The notes under the pieces: generated by a model
Database searches by the model: none
What the model was told of the DNA's origin: nothing
What the model saw: only the letters and a program-made list of their open reading frames with translations
Part shown: positions 1-15,000 of the stretch, piece after piece
How the letters are laid out: every line of letters begins with the position of its first letter
How positions within the stretch are numbered: position 1 is the stretch's first letter
Source: an uncultured Candidatus Saccharibacteria bacterium
GTDB lineage: Bacteria; Patescibacteriota; Minisyncoccia; Phycocordibacterales; UBA2100
NCBI GenBank assembly: GCA_964399865.1
Contig: CAYNRJ010000002.1
Location: forward strand, 97,108-161,107
Direction: 5' to 3'
DNA length: 64,000 bases
Translations under genes and position numbers: made by a program

Positions 1-3000
1 CTCGCAACGATCAACTCAACCGCCATCACCGCAGGTGGTACGTTCACGATCACTGCTGCCTCCTCCACATTACTCACTGACACCAACAGATTCACAGGAG
101 GCAATGTCTTTTCAAACGCCACCTCCACCAATTTCGCCATCACAGGTATCTCTAATTCACTTCTTTCAACCAATGCAAACGGTTCGATTGTTGCAACAAC
201 ATCTCTTTCTACAAACATCCTCAATGGCACACTTAGTATCACAAACGGTGGCACTGGAACTTCAACCCCAGGAGCCTACGGTGATGTATTCACTTGGAAC
301 GGATCCAATTGGCAAGGCTTTGCAACCTCCACTCTTGGACTCGTGAAGTTCTCTGATCTCTCTATATATTCAACCTTCGGATATCCCTTCCCAAACAACG
401 CAACGACAACAGGTCTTGGTCTGTACGCTTCTACAACAATCGGCGCGGGAGGACAGGCGACAGGCTTAACTATTTCGGGAGGTGCAACAACCACGGGCAA
501 TGCATATTTTGCGGGGAGTGTTGGTATTGGGACGAATTCACCGCTCGGGGCACTGCAGGTCACTCAAGCTGCGAACTTGCCGCGGTACGGAATTGACGTT
601 GTGAGTAGCGATGACAACACGACACTCTCACTAACAAATACTGATACGGGAGGAGGGACGTGGTGGCTCGCGTCGACTGGCGGCAGTAGCTCATGGGGGC
701 AGGGAAAATTATTGTTCGGCGCCGGAGCGAATTGGCCGAGTGCGCCTGTGATGACGCTCGATTCAACTGGATACTTGGGGCTTGGCCTCACGTCGCCGGC
801 GACGAGACTCGACGTGCTTGGCACGGCAAGTTCGACGAATTTGTTTGTGAACACTACTGCCACAACGACAAATCTCGCAGTGACCGGAATCACAAGCTCA
901 CTGCTCAAAACAAACTCTCTCGGTCAGATCACCGCGGCAGTCGCCGGCACCGACTACGCAAACTTCCAATACCTCTTCCCATTGAACGCAACGACAACGG
1001 GTCTTGGTCTGTACGCTTCCACTACTATTGGTGCAGGAACTTCAGTCACGGGTCTTACAATTAGCGGAGGTGCTACGACGACAGGCAATTTGTTGGTGCA
1101 GGGAAGCGCAACCACAACGAACATTGCGGTGACTGGAACTGCCTCTTCTTCTGCTCTCATTATTTCTTCCGCAGGAGGATCTGGCACACGATGCCTCCAG
1201 GTTGGCGCTGATGGAACAGTTTCCGCAAACGGAAGCGCGTGTGGTACAGGAAGTGGAGGATTTGATTTCACGCCGACAACCTTTGGTGCAATTGCTGCCA
1301 ATTCCACCTCAACACTAATTGGGTTCTCTCAAGGCATTTTCTCTCTAGCGTCTTCTACTATTGGTGCCGGCGGACAAACAACAGGTCTCACTGTCTCAGG
1401 TGGAGCGACAACAACAGGGAATCAATACATTGGGGGAACTCTAAATGCTGGAGCAACGACGCTCTCATCTCTCACCCTCACCACTGCTCTCTCTGCAACG
1501 AATGGAGGAACTGGCCAATCGAGCTACACTACTGGAGACATTCTGTACGCTTCAGGCGCAAACACCCTTTCAAAATTACCAATAGGGAACGCGGGAGAGG
1601 TCCTTAAGATTGCGGGAGGCATTCCATCATGGGGTACAGATTTGAGTTCAGGAGGCGGCACTGGCGGCACATGGTCCACCACCACGTCTCAAGTCACAGG
1701 TACTCTCATCAACTATCCCAACAATACTTCAGACATCGTTGTAATCGGATCTACAGCAACCACATCTGCAGAATATTGGTTTGATCCAAATGCAGGAATT
1801 ACTTATCTTTCTGGCAACGTTGGTATCGGTACGGTCGCACCGCTCGCAAAAGTAACCATTGCTGACACATTGGGATCAGGCGCTCGCTATCTCGATATTG
1901 GAGATGACTCCTATCTCACGGATCTCGATACTGCAAATACGCTTGGTGTGTATGGCATTCAAGATTCAGCAATCGCATCGCTCAGATTGGGAAGTGGCGG
2001 CGGAACCATTTCAGGCGCATCGGGCAACATTGGTATCGGCGATTCGACACCAACATTCACTCTTGATGTGACGGGGAACGCTCGATTCACTTCCTTTGTT
2101 GACGCATCCCATTTTGTCGCGACGTCAACAACCAACATAAACTCATTCCCACTTCTTACTGCTACAACAGCCACGACGACAAATTTTGCAGTAACGAGCG
2201 TCACCTCTTCACTCCTCAAAACGAATTCACTCGGCCAGATCACCGCGGCAGTCGCCGGCACTGACTACACAAACTTCCAATTCCCTTGGACTGCAACAAC
2301 GTTCGGCTCCACAAATGCAAACTCAACCTCAACACTCATCGGCTTTACACAAGGAATCTACGCACTCGCTTCCTCTACTATCGGTGCAGGAGGGCAGACA
2401 ACAGGACTCACGATTTCAGGAGGGGCGACAACGACGGGGAACTTAATTGTGCAGGGAACAGGCACGTCAACCTTTGCGGGTGCGGTTGCTATTGGCAACG
2501 ACGGATCTGGCGCATACCAGGATGCAAACGATCTGGTCGTTGGTTCATTAACGGGCTCTAACGGTATCACTGTTCGTGCGGGTACTTCGGGGGTCTCAAA
2601 CGTATTCTTTGCAGACAGCGTTTCTGGCTCCGGACAATATTCGGGCATTATTTCATACAGCCATGCACTCGACAGATTCCAGATAACGACTGGATCTGCT
2701 GGGTACAGCGGCTCGCTTGGTATGTACATCACCTCTAGCGGCAACACTGCTATCGGCACAACGACCCCTTACAGCAAGCTCACTGCGTGGGGGACCGGCT
2801 CATTGTTTGAAGCAGTCACCAACGCATCGACAACAATCTTTAAGATTGGCCAGAATGGTGCAACTTCCACAAACTTCGCAATCACTGGAGTCATCTCCTC
2901 ACTCTTGAAGACTGATGCTTCTGGAAATATCGGTGCAGCAATCGCTGGTACCGATTACGCCAACTTCCAATATCTCTTCCCAAGTAACGCCACATCCACC

Positions 3001-6000
3001 ACCCTCACATTCGGTGCAGGACTTCTCTCGTCAGCATCTTCGACATTCTCTGCCAACCTAAACATCGCAACCACTTCGTCACTCCTTGCAACTAATGCAA
3101 ACGGCACCATCGTTGCAACAACATCTCTCTCAACAAACTTCCTCTCCGGCACTCTCGCAACCATCAACTCAACTGCAATCACTGCAGGAGGGACCTTCAC
3201 GATCACCGCCGCTTCTTCGACGCTTCTTGCAAACACCAACTACTGGAGCGGCGGCAACATCTTCACTAATGCAACAACAACCTCTCTATATATAGGCTCT
3301 CTTACGGGCCCGCTGCAGGCAATCGGTGGTCAGGTATCGGCAACATCCACTCTATCTATAGCGTACGGAGGCACAGGGCTCTCGACAGCTCCTTCATACG
3401 GTCAGCTACTAATGGGTAATAGCTCAGGAGCATACGCTCTCACGTCTACCTCTTCACTCGGACTCGCTTCCTTCGCATTTCCGTTTACTCCTGCAACAAG
3501 CTGGAACTCAACCTCAACTCTAATTCTCTTCTCACAGGGCATCATCGCGAATGCTTCCTCTACAATCGGAGGAGGCACTTCAGTCACTGGTCTTACTATC
3601 TCCGGCGGCGCAACGACGACAGGAAATGCCTACATCGCAGGTAATTTGGGTGTTGGTAGTAGCACTCCAAATTACAAACTCGATGTAAAGGGATTTGTAA
3701 ATGTTGATGAATTCTCTGGCTATAAGCAAGGAGGGAATACGATTCTCTATGCATCGACGACAAATAACGCGCTTGCCGTAGGTGCATCAAGCGCCGCGGC
3801 CTGGATGTCTGCTTCATCGACAGCTTGGAATAGCGTTGCAATTGGTGACGGAGCGCTCGGCACGACTCCTCTTAATGCGGGCTCTAACAATAATGTGGCG
3901 ATTGGAGCGAATTCTCTCAGAAATCTTACGACTGGCTCGAGTAATGTTGCAATAGGTAAAGACGCTCTTTACTCTGCTACTAGCGGCTCAGAAAACTTTG
4001 CACTCGGAGCGAGCGTCCTCTACTACAATAATGGCGATTATAACGTTGGTATAGGTTCAGGCGTACTCGGGTCAAATACTTCAGGTAGCTATAACATTGG
4101 CATAGGTAGGCTTTCGATGCAGTACAACACTGTTGGTGAGAATAACGTCGCGATCGGCGGTGCGACGCTTAATCAGGCAACCTCTTCAAGTAACAACACT
4201 GCGATCGGCTTTTTCGCGGGAGCTTCAATTTCCGGTGCGACAGGTGCTGTTGGTGCCGGCAACACTCTTCTTGGGCATCGAGCAGGAGGTGAGATCACTA
4301 CGGGAGGCTACAACACAATTATTGGATACTTTACGGGCTCAAACGTTACCACAGGAAGCAATAATATTCTTATCGGCCAGGATGTGCGCAGTGGACTTAG
4401 TGTGACGGCATCCGATCAGCTCAATATTGGTAATCTCCTCTTTGGTACGGGCCTTGGAAGCGGTACCACTCTTGGCACTGGGAACATTGGAATTGGTCTT
4501 GCGAACCCTGCCACCAAACTCGATGTTCTCGGCACCGCTTCCTCCACTAATCTCTTCGTCAATACAACTGCAACGACGACGAACCTCACAATCTCAGGCA
4601 TCACAAACTCACTTCTTTCTGCAAACTCTCTCGGCCAAGTGATCGCAACCTCAACGCTCTCAACGAACTACCTCTCAGGTACTCTCGCAACGATCAACTC
4701 AACAACTATCACGGCAGGCGGCACGTTCACGATCACTGCAGCATCCTCAACACTCCTTGCGAACACCAACTACTGGAGCGGCAGCAACACCTTCACCAAT
4801 GCCACCTCAACCAATTTCGCCATCACCTCGATTACTTCTTCTCTGCTAAAGACAAATTCAAGCGGTTCCATCGTTCCAGCTATTGCGGGCACTGACTATT
4901 CCAACTTCCAGTTCCCATGGACGGCGACGACATTCGGCGCGACATCGGCGAACTCAACTTCCACTCTCATCGGCTTCAACGCAGGACTCTACGCTCTCGC
5001 ATCTTCTACGATTGGCAATGGAACGCTCGGATTGACAGTGAGCGGTACTGCAACCACAACCGGCCGAGCATACTTTGGAGGGAATGTTGGCATCGGCATT
5101 GCAAATCCTGCGCACTTACTTGAGATAACTCCAACCGCTGACAACGCAAATCATTTTGTAATCAATAGTAGCAGCGGTGCGGATAGATTCCGAGTGGGGA
5201 CTGACGGGTCCGGTCACGGTTTCCTTACACTTTTTGATGGCTCAAGTAATCAAGATGTTTTGATTGGAGCAAATGGCATCTCGTACTTTAACGGCGGCAA
5301 TGTTGGTATCGGTAACAGTGCTCCGAACGAGAAGCTCAACGTCCAAGGTGCAATCGCAGGCCAAGCACTCTTTGCAACATCAAGCACGATTACTTCTGTG
5401 TTCACAGGTGGTGTGTATGTGACTGGTACGACGACTTTGGCAAACGCCACTTCAACAAATTTTGCGATTACTGCTGTCACCTCAACTCTCCTTAAAACAA
5501 ATTCGACAGGCGGAGTCATTCCCGCGATCGCAGGAACAGACTATTCAAACTTCCAGTTCCCATTCACTCCTGCTGCAAGTTGGAATTCGACTTCAACGTT
5601 GATCTTGTTCAGTAACGGTATCATTGCGAATGCTTCCTCTACTATTGGTGCGGGAGGGCAGGCGACAGGACTCACGATCTCAGGAGGCGCGACAACGACG
5701 GGGGACTTGAGAGTACAAGGAACTGCAACATCATCGTTTGCAGGAATCCTTTCCATCGGATCAACAACTCCAGCAGGAACTCCAGTCTTTTTTGTCGGAA
5801 CATCTTCGCCACTTCTTACCGTCACGAAGCCTCGTGGGTACGTTGGGATCGGAACTGCCTCTCCTACAAGCGTTCTCTACGTAAATACTCCGACAACAGA
5901 TATTGCGGCGGCGACATTCGCGAAAGCTCAGGCGGGAAGTGACACAGGCGCGTATCTCGAATTCACAGGCGCGTCAGGTGTTTCGCGTGGTTTCGTCGGC

Positions 6001-9000
6001 TTCACAAAACACGGAGGGGGATCCGACACGTTCTTCACAGGTGAGACTGCGGATGCACTCGCGATTCGCGCAGAAGCCGCGTTCCAACTTGGAGTCGGAG
6101 ATCTCATCAGCATGACTGCGATTGATAATGGAAATATTGGTATCGGTGATGTATCTCCAGCTTCTCTCTTTACTGTGGGAGCGAATGATGCGTTCCAGGT
6201 CAATTCATCCGGTGTGGTCGCCGCAGCAACAGGTATTACATCAAGCGGCAACATCACGTTCTCCGGACTTTCTGCAGGGGGAGTTGGCGTCACCGGAACT
6301 GGCCTACTATACTCATTCTCCACCTCCACATGGACCTTCGCATCCTCAACTCTCCTTTCAGACACTAACCGTTGGACAGGAGGTAACGTCTTTTCAAATG
6401 CTACCTCAACTAATTTTGCGATCACAGCCGTCACTTCTTCTCTACTAAAGACGAATGCTAATGGCTCCATCGTTCCAGCAATCGCCGGTACCGACTATGT
6501 CGCCGGCTCAAGCTTCTTCCAATTCCCATGGACTGCCACGACATTCGGCTCTACCGCAGCAAACTCGACTTCCACTCTCATCGGCTTCACGCAGGGTATC
6601 TACGCTCTCGCATCTTCTACTATCGGCGCAGGCGGACAGACGACAGGGCTCACTATCAGTGGAGGCGCGACCACAACAGGGAATGCGTACTTTGCGGGAA
6701 GAGTGGGCATCGGCACCGCATCTCCTGTGACTGACCTTGAGGTCTCTAGGACCTATGGCAAAATTGCGCGATTTTACGCAACAGCCCAGACAGGGATTTA
6801 TCTTGATGTAGCAAATGATAACAATAAGGGCGGATACATCGGTCACAGTCTTCCTTCGATGACCAGCTCCGTCGGTACAGTAAATAGTGGACTGTGGCTC
6901 AGTTCTTATGATGGTTCAAACCCTGGAGGCACAATTAAACTAGCTACCGCAGACACGGATCAAATAAGTTTTATTACAGGCACCACACCAGTAAGCCGCA
7001 TGTCTATCACTAGTGCCGGTAAGGTAGGTATCGGCACCACTTCTCCCGTGGCCCAATTGACTGTGGCTACGCAGAATGGGGCAAATGGTTCCATAAACAA
7101 GCTCTTCCTTGTTGCGTCTTCAACCGCGTCAGCAACTACAACACTCTTCTCAATTGATAATACTGGATTGGTTAGCTACACAACATTGAACGGAGGTCCA
7201 GCTACGACCACAGCCCTCGCCATCACTGGAGTCACCTCTTCTCTGCTCAAGACAGACTCTGCAGGAAATGTTCTCGCCGCTGTTGCAGGTACCGACTACT
7301 CCAACTTCGGTTTCCCATTCACTCCATCTGCAAGCTGGAACTCAACCTCAACGCTCATCCTCTTCTCGCAGGGAATCATTGCAAACGCATCTTCAACAAT
7401 CGGCGCAGGAGGACAGGCGACTGGGCTCACCATCTCAGGCGGTGCGACAACGACCGGGGATTTGAGTGTTCAAGGAACTGCAACGTCATCTTTTATCGGG
7501 GTTCTATCAATTGGCTCAACGACTCCTTCAGGAAACGCGTTGTTTTCAATAGGCACTTCCACCCCGCTAATTGTTGTTGATAAGAGAACAGGAAATGTGG
7601 GTATTGGGACTTCCGCACCTGGAGCCACACTCGACATATTCAAAGCGTCTGGGACCGGTCTGCGCATAGGGCAGAGCGGCAACTATTTCATTAGTCTTGG
7701 TTCAAGCGGTATCGTTTCGAGTAGAGGAGCGGGTGCGTTTGTAATAAACTCAGATCACGGCATAAACTTCCAAGAAGATTCGACCACCGTATTTTCAATT
7801 GCAGACGGAGCGCCTGCAAACATCCTCTCTATTTCGAGCACAGGAAACGTCGGCGTAGGAACCACGTCTCCATATGCAAAACTCTCAGTCGTTGGCGAAG
7901 CGGTCGCCGCATATTTCACCGCAACGACGACAACGAACATCAACACCTTCCCGCTTCTCACTTCAACGACCGCAACCACAACAAATCTTGCAGTGACAGG
8001 AGTCACATCTTCACTCTTGAAGACCAACTCTCTCGGACAGGTGACTGCAGCTGTGGCAGGCGCCGATTATGCAAACTTCCAGTACCTTTTCCCATCGAAT
8101 GCCACGACGACAGCGCTCGGTTTATATGCTTCAACCACGATTGGCGATGGATCACAGGTAGGCGGACTTACTATTAGTGGTGGTGCGTCAACAACCCGGG
8201 ACTTTTATTTCGGAACAGGAGCACAAGTTGATTTCCATGATGAGATCGCTGACAAGTTGTATCTTTACTCAAATACATATGGAATTGGTATCGAAGCCAG
8301 CACGCTTACAAATTGGTCAGGCACACAATTTCGTTGGAGGGTCGGAGGGACGTCTGTTACGACGGGGTCAGAACGAATGCTCTTAACCGGTTCAGGTCTT
8401 ACGGTTACTGGGAGTGCGACGACGAGCAGCAACCTTGTGGTACAAGGAAACGCCACCACCACGAATCTCGCAATCACCGGCGTTACTTCCTCTCTGTTAA
8501 AGACAGACGCATCAGGAAATGTTCTCGCTGCAGTCGCAGGAACTGACTACGCAAACTTTGGCTACCTCTTCCCAGTCGACGGGTATGCGACAACGACAGG
8601 CCTCGGAATCTTTGCTTCGACGACGATTGGTGACGGGTCGCAAGCAGGTGGACTAACTGTTTCCGGTAATGCAACAACAAGCGGCCGACTCTTTGTGGGT
8701 AACAGTATCGGGTCCGTGAACACGGCGTCGGCAAATGGGCCAAGAGCTATAAACCTTATTGATACGAGTGCAGTGATGCGTGTATGGAGATATGCCGCAA
8801 CGACGACAACCAACAATCCAGCGATTGAACTCATCCAAGGCACGAATACGAATGGTTCAAGTGCCGACAATACATGGTGGGACATGTTTACATCCGCAGA
8901 TGGTGGTACGCCTGATAGCGAACGATTCAGCATTCGGCGAAGGACAGGCGGCAGTAATGGCGTATTCTTTTCGATTCATAGTAGCGGCAATGTGGGGATA

Positions 9001-12000
9001 GGGAACAACGTCCCTTCTGAAAAACTCAACGTCCAAGGTGCCATTGCAGGCCAGGGTCTCTTTGCAACATCAAGTGCAATGACATCTGTCTTCACGGGAG
9101 GGCTCACAGTATCCGGCACAACGACTCTCGCAAGCGCAACCTCAACCAACTTTGCGATCACGAATCTCACCTCGACACTTCTCAAAACTAATAGCGACGG
9201 CTCTGTTGTTGCCGCAGTCGCAGGAACTGACTATGCAACCCCAGGACAGGCTTCGTTCCCGTTCACTCCGTCAGCAAGTTGGAACTCAACTTCAACCCTC
9301 ATTCTGTTCTCACAGGGAATCATTGCGAACGCTTCCTCTACTATTGGTGCAGGAGGACAGGGAACAGGTCTCACGATTTCAGGCGGAGCTACGACGACTG
9401 GGCATTCATATTTTGCGGGAAGTCTCGGTATCTCCACTACAACATTCAACAGCGCTCAATTCTCACTTCAGGCAACGAGCTCAAACGCCACGTTAGCAAC
9501 TCTGTATTCTTCGACAGGATCAACAAAACTGTTTGACGCAACCGTTGTCTCAGATGTTCCATTGTTTACATTCGGTAAGAAAGCCGGGACAAAACTCACG
9601 CAATACACGCAGGTGGAATTTACAGATGAAAACGGAAACAATTCTGACTGGTCATTCCGTGTTGCAGGCAACTCATATCCAATAATCAACCTTGGAAGTT
9701 CAGGCGGAACGCTCGCCTCTCCTTCAAACGTTTCGCCACCAACGGAATACTCAAACAAAATTTCAGGACTCATTCTTGGGCACGGGTATATAAATAGTGC
9801 GTGGAGAGATACATCGGGTATCAGTTTCGGTTACGACGCGACACCTTCTGGTTCTGCATACAGCAGTAACATTACGTTCCTCACAACAAGTGGTACCACG
9901 ATTACCGAGAGAATGAGATTGAGCACGGCTGGAAACCTTGGCATCGGAAACAATTCTCCAACAGAGAAACTCAACGTCCAAGGTATCGCTCAAGCCCAGG
10001 CATTCAACGCAACCTCGACAGCGTTCACCTCACAGCTTCTAGGTGGTCTCATCGTCTCTGGTACTACGACTCTTGCCAACGCTACGTCGACGAATTTGTC
10101 TGTTTCTGGGACGGCTTCCACAACGGCACTCATTGTTTCTGGCGCCGGCGGAGCTGCAGGATGTGCGACATTTGCGGCAGACGGTACTATTTCAAACACA
10201 GGATCTGCGTGTGGCACGGGAGGCGGCACATTCTCATGGACTGCGACGACATTCGGCTCTATCGCGGCAAACTCCACCTCGACACTCATCGGCTTCACGC
10301 AGGGTATCTACGCGCTCGCATCCTCAACGATTGGAGATGGCACGCAGACAGGAGGACTCACTATCTCAGGAGGTGCTACTACTACAGGACAGTTGACAGT
10401 TTCTGGAACGGCCACTTCTTCAATCGCAGGCACGCTTTCATTGGGATCAACCACCCCAATCGGGTCCAACAGTAGATTATTTATTCAGTCTCCTTCAAGT
10501 GGAAGCGCGTTCAGGATCGCAAGAGCAACTTCAGCGGGAAGCTTTATAGATGTTTCTCTTAGTTCATCAGGGAATACGGCGGCCACGACAATTACTGATG
10601 GTGGCTCAAACACTCTTACTGTTGCCGCAGGGTCTGCTGGGATTTCGCTTAACGATGCTAATGCTTCACCAGTAAAAATCCACACAGCTACAGCTTTGAA
10701 TACGAGCTCCTTTACTGTAGGCAGTGGAACTACGACGTTCGTCGGTGGAAGAGTTGGTGTCGGAACTTCTTCCCCATTCGCAAAATTCTCTATTCATGCT
10801 CCAAGCAGCGGCACTTACTTTTCAACTATCTTTGCTGTCGCATCTTCCTCACTCGCCGCGACCACCACCGTCTTTTCAGTTGACGGTCTTGGCGCCACCA
10901 CAACCAACTTCGCGATCTCCAACGTTACATCTTCACTTCTCAAAACCACCGCAACAGGCGCTGTGATTCCGGCAGTCGCCGGCACTGACTACGCAACTCC
11001 AGGACAGGCTTCGTTCCCATTCACTCCCGCAGTGGCATGGAACGCTACTTCAACTCTCATTCTCTTCTCGCAGGGAATCATTGCGAACGCTTCCTCCACG
11101 ATTGGAGATGGTACACAAGCAGGTGGTTTGACTATTAATGGAGGTGCAACAACCACAAGAAATCTTGTACTTACTGGCACTGCAGCAAATCTAGTGCTCG
11201 GATCGAACTATTTAAGTGGTGACGGGGGGGATGAGGGTATTTTTGTAGATTCTAGCGGCTATGTTGGTATTGGTACCACTACTCCTCCATCCAAATTGTC
11301 GGTCCAAAGTGGGGGAGGTACCAATGCCATTCTTGTTACAAATTCAGGCAATGGATCAAACTCAACCGCTCTTCACGTGAATTCTAATGGGTCGGGTACT
11401 TTCTATGCGTATGACCTCGATGCTAACCTCACCGCTTTGTATAGTAACGAAGCGGCACGCCTTGCTTCAGGAGGTTTGTATCTCTGGACCAACTCTGCAA
11501 CCGACGCATCAGGGGGTGGTACACCTGATACCTCATTCTCACGACTTTCTGCAGGGAAAATTGGTGTCGGCACTGGGGCAGCAAATGAAATAGACGGTAC
11601 CTTGATTGCTGGAAGTATTGGCATCGGCACCACCTCGCCATACGCCAAACTCTCCGTCGTCGGCGAAACGGTCGCCGCATACTTCACCGCAACGACGACA
11701 ACGAACATCAACACCTTCCCGCTTCTCACTGCTACGACCGCAACAACCACAAATCTCGCAGTGACGGGAATCACTTCATCGCTCCTCAAGACGAATTCTC
11801 TCGGTCAGCTCACCGCCGCTGTTGCCGGCACTGACTACGCAACTCCAGGACAGGCTTCGTTCCCATTCACTCCCGCAGTGGCATGGAACGCTACTTCAAC
11901 TCTCATTCTCTTCTCGCAGGGAATCATTGCGAACGCATCTTCTACTATAGGCGCCGGCGGACAGACGACGGGGCTCACCATCTCAGGAGGTGCGACCACA

Positions 12001-15000
12001 ACAGGGAATCTCTTCGTTACAGGATCTGGCACATCCACATTCGCAAATTATCTGGGCATCGGCACGACTTCGCCTTGGGGTAATGGTCTATTAACGGTCG
12101 GAACCTCTACGCCTCTACTATATGTAGATAAAACGAACGGCTATGTTGGTATGGGCACAACGACCCCAACTGCTCAACTTCAAGTCGGGGAGCAAGTAGC
12201 GGTTCCTTTTGCCTCAGGTCTCAACACATCTTTGGTAAAGTTCGGGCGAGAAATAATAGACTCTGGTTCTGTTGATCAGGAGACCGCGGTATTGCAGGTG
12301 GGGTCCAATATCAGATCTACGGGAAATACAGGAGAGATTCACGCAAGCATGTACACAGAGATGGAGACCAATGCTTTGAGTTACGGTAATTTCACAAACA
12401 GTCTCCTTGGTCACTCGATTAATATCGTGCACAGAGCTACAACAACAGTGGCAAACTTCCAGGCTCTGGATCCAGACATTCAGTTAGTTGCTGGTGCAGG
12501 ATCTGTAACCAACGCGATGGGCGTCGACATTGATGTGTCCCCTCAAGCGGGTTATACGGGGACAGTCACCAATGCATACGCGATTAAAGCGGATATCGAT
12601 AATGTATCCGGAGCGACGATAACCAATGCGTACGGGTTGCGCTTGGGTTTCACTAACGGCGGGACTCTGACAAACGGATATGGCGTCTACCTTACTGACG
12701 TACCTGCTACAAATAGTTATGGAATTTACCAAGCTGGGACAAACGACCTCAATTATTTCGGGGGCAATGTTGGAGTTGGCACAACATCTCCATTTGCCAA
12801 ACTCTCAGTGCACGGAGACACACTCGGCACATACAACTCGACCTTGTTCGCAGTTGCATCCTCGTCTCTTTCAGCAACGACAACAATCTTCTCCGTCGAC
12901 CAGCTCGGTGCAACCACGACAAACTTCGCCATCTCGAATGTCGCCTCCTCACTCCTGAAGACAACCGCAACAGGCGCTGTGATTCCGGCAGTCGCCGGCA
13001 CTGACTACGCAACTCCAGGACAGGCTTCGTTCCCATTCACTCCCGCAGTGGCATGGAACGCTACTTCAACTCTCATTCTCTTCTCGCAGGGAATCATTGC
13101 GAACGCATCTTCTACTATAGGCGCCGGCGGACAGACGACAGGCCTTACGATCTCTGGCGGAGCGACGACGACGGCGGATCTTGTCGTGGGCGGCGGGACA
13201 CTTAACATATCGAATCAAACTTTTAGCTCAGAGCAGACATACAGCCGGTTACTAAATCGCACGGTTGTGCAGCACTACCAAAACAGTTCCAATAATTATG
13301 TTCGAAATCTCGATATTGTTGCAGCGGGATATGATAGGCAATCCGTCATTCGATTCCTGAATCAGACACGAAATACTTCAGACCCAGTGGAAACAGTAAG
13401 AATTAATGAATCAGGAAATCTAGGTGTTGGCACAACATCTCCATTTGCCAAACTCTCAGTGCACGGAGACACACTCGGCACATACAACTCGACCTTGTTC
13501 GCAGTTGCATCCTCGTCTCTTTCAGCAACGACAACAATCTTCTCCGTCGACCAGCTCGGTGCAACCACGACAAACTTCGCCATCTCGAATGTCGCCTCCT
13601 CACTCCTGAAGACAACCGCAACAGGCGCTGTGATTCCAGCTGTTGCCGGCACTGACTACGCAAACTTCAGCTACCTGTTCCCAGTCAATGGATATGCCAC
13701 TACAACTGGGCTCGGGATCTTTGCCTCGACAACAATCGGCGCAGGCGGACAGACGACGGGACTCACCATCTCAGGAGGTGCGACCACAACAGGGAATCTC
13801 TTTGTCACCGGATCTGGTACGTCGACTTTTTCGAACTTCCTAGCGATCGGTACCTCATCTCCGTGGGGGAATGGCTTATTAAATGTAGGCACATCAAGTC
13901 CTCGACTATACGTCGACAACACAAGTGGCTATGTTGGTATTGGCACCACTACTCCTTCGTATCCGTTAACTGTTGCAGGCTCAAGTGCACTTATTTATAA
14001 CGAGACAGGATCGGCCTACCTGAATTTGAAGAGTGGGGTAAATGGTGATAACGCCATTAATGCGGGCATCAATTTCCAAGGAGCCGATGGTACAGACTTT
14101 GCTATAAGTTATGACCGCCGCGGTTGCTGCACACCGGGTCTTAACTTTTGGAGTTATATAGCAGGTGAATATAAAGAAGTCTTCTCCGTCGGGCTTAACA
14201 ATGGTCTCATTCTAAATAGATTCCCGGGCACACCGTATCCAGGCAACGTGTCCATGCAAACAGGATCAACGAGTGCAGCTATCCTCACCGTTGATGGAGG
14301 AGGAAGTTCAGGTGCAGCTGTAAAAGGCCTGGTAGTTCAAGGGGCTTCGAGTCAAACAGCCAATCTTCAAGAGTGGCAAAATAGTTCCGGTGTCGTTTTG
14401 GCAGCAGTAACAGCGGCAGGTAACTTCGGCATAGGTAACGGTAACGTCTCTCCAAACGAAAAACTCAATGTCCAAGGCGCTATCGCTGGTCAGGCCCTCT
14501 TTGCAACATCAAGCACAATGACGTCTGTGTTCACGGGCGGCGTATATGTGACTGGCACGACGACTTTGGCAAACGCCACCTCAACAAACTTTGCCGTCAC
14601 AGGCACCGCCTCAACCACAGCTCTCATCGTCTCGAACGCAGGTGGTACCGCAGGATGTGCGACATTCAGTTCAATCGGTCTTCTCTCAAATACAGGATCT
14701 GCGTGTGGTGGAAGTGGCAGCGCATTCCCATTCACTCCAACTACATTCGGCGCAACGTCAGCTAACTCAACTTCAACTCTCATTGGATTCACGCAGGGTA
14801 TCTACGCGCTCGCTTCTTCAACGATTGGTAACGGCACGCTTACGGGAGGGCTCACGATTAGCGGTGGGGCAACGACGACCGATAACTTATATGTCGGCGG
14901 ATATTTAGAGGTTGTGGATTCGGGCACTCTGGCGAACTTTAATGACGGGTCAGATGGTATCAATTTCCAGGTAAGTGGTGGAGTTGCTGGGATCATTGGC

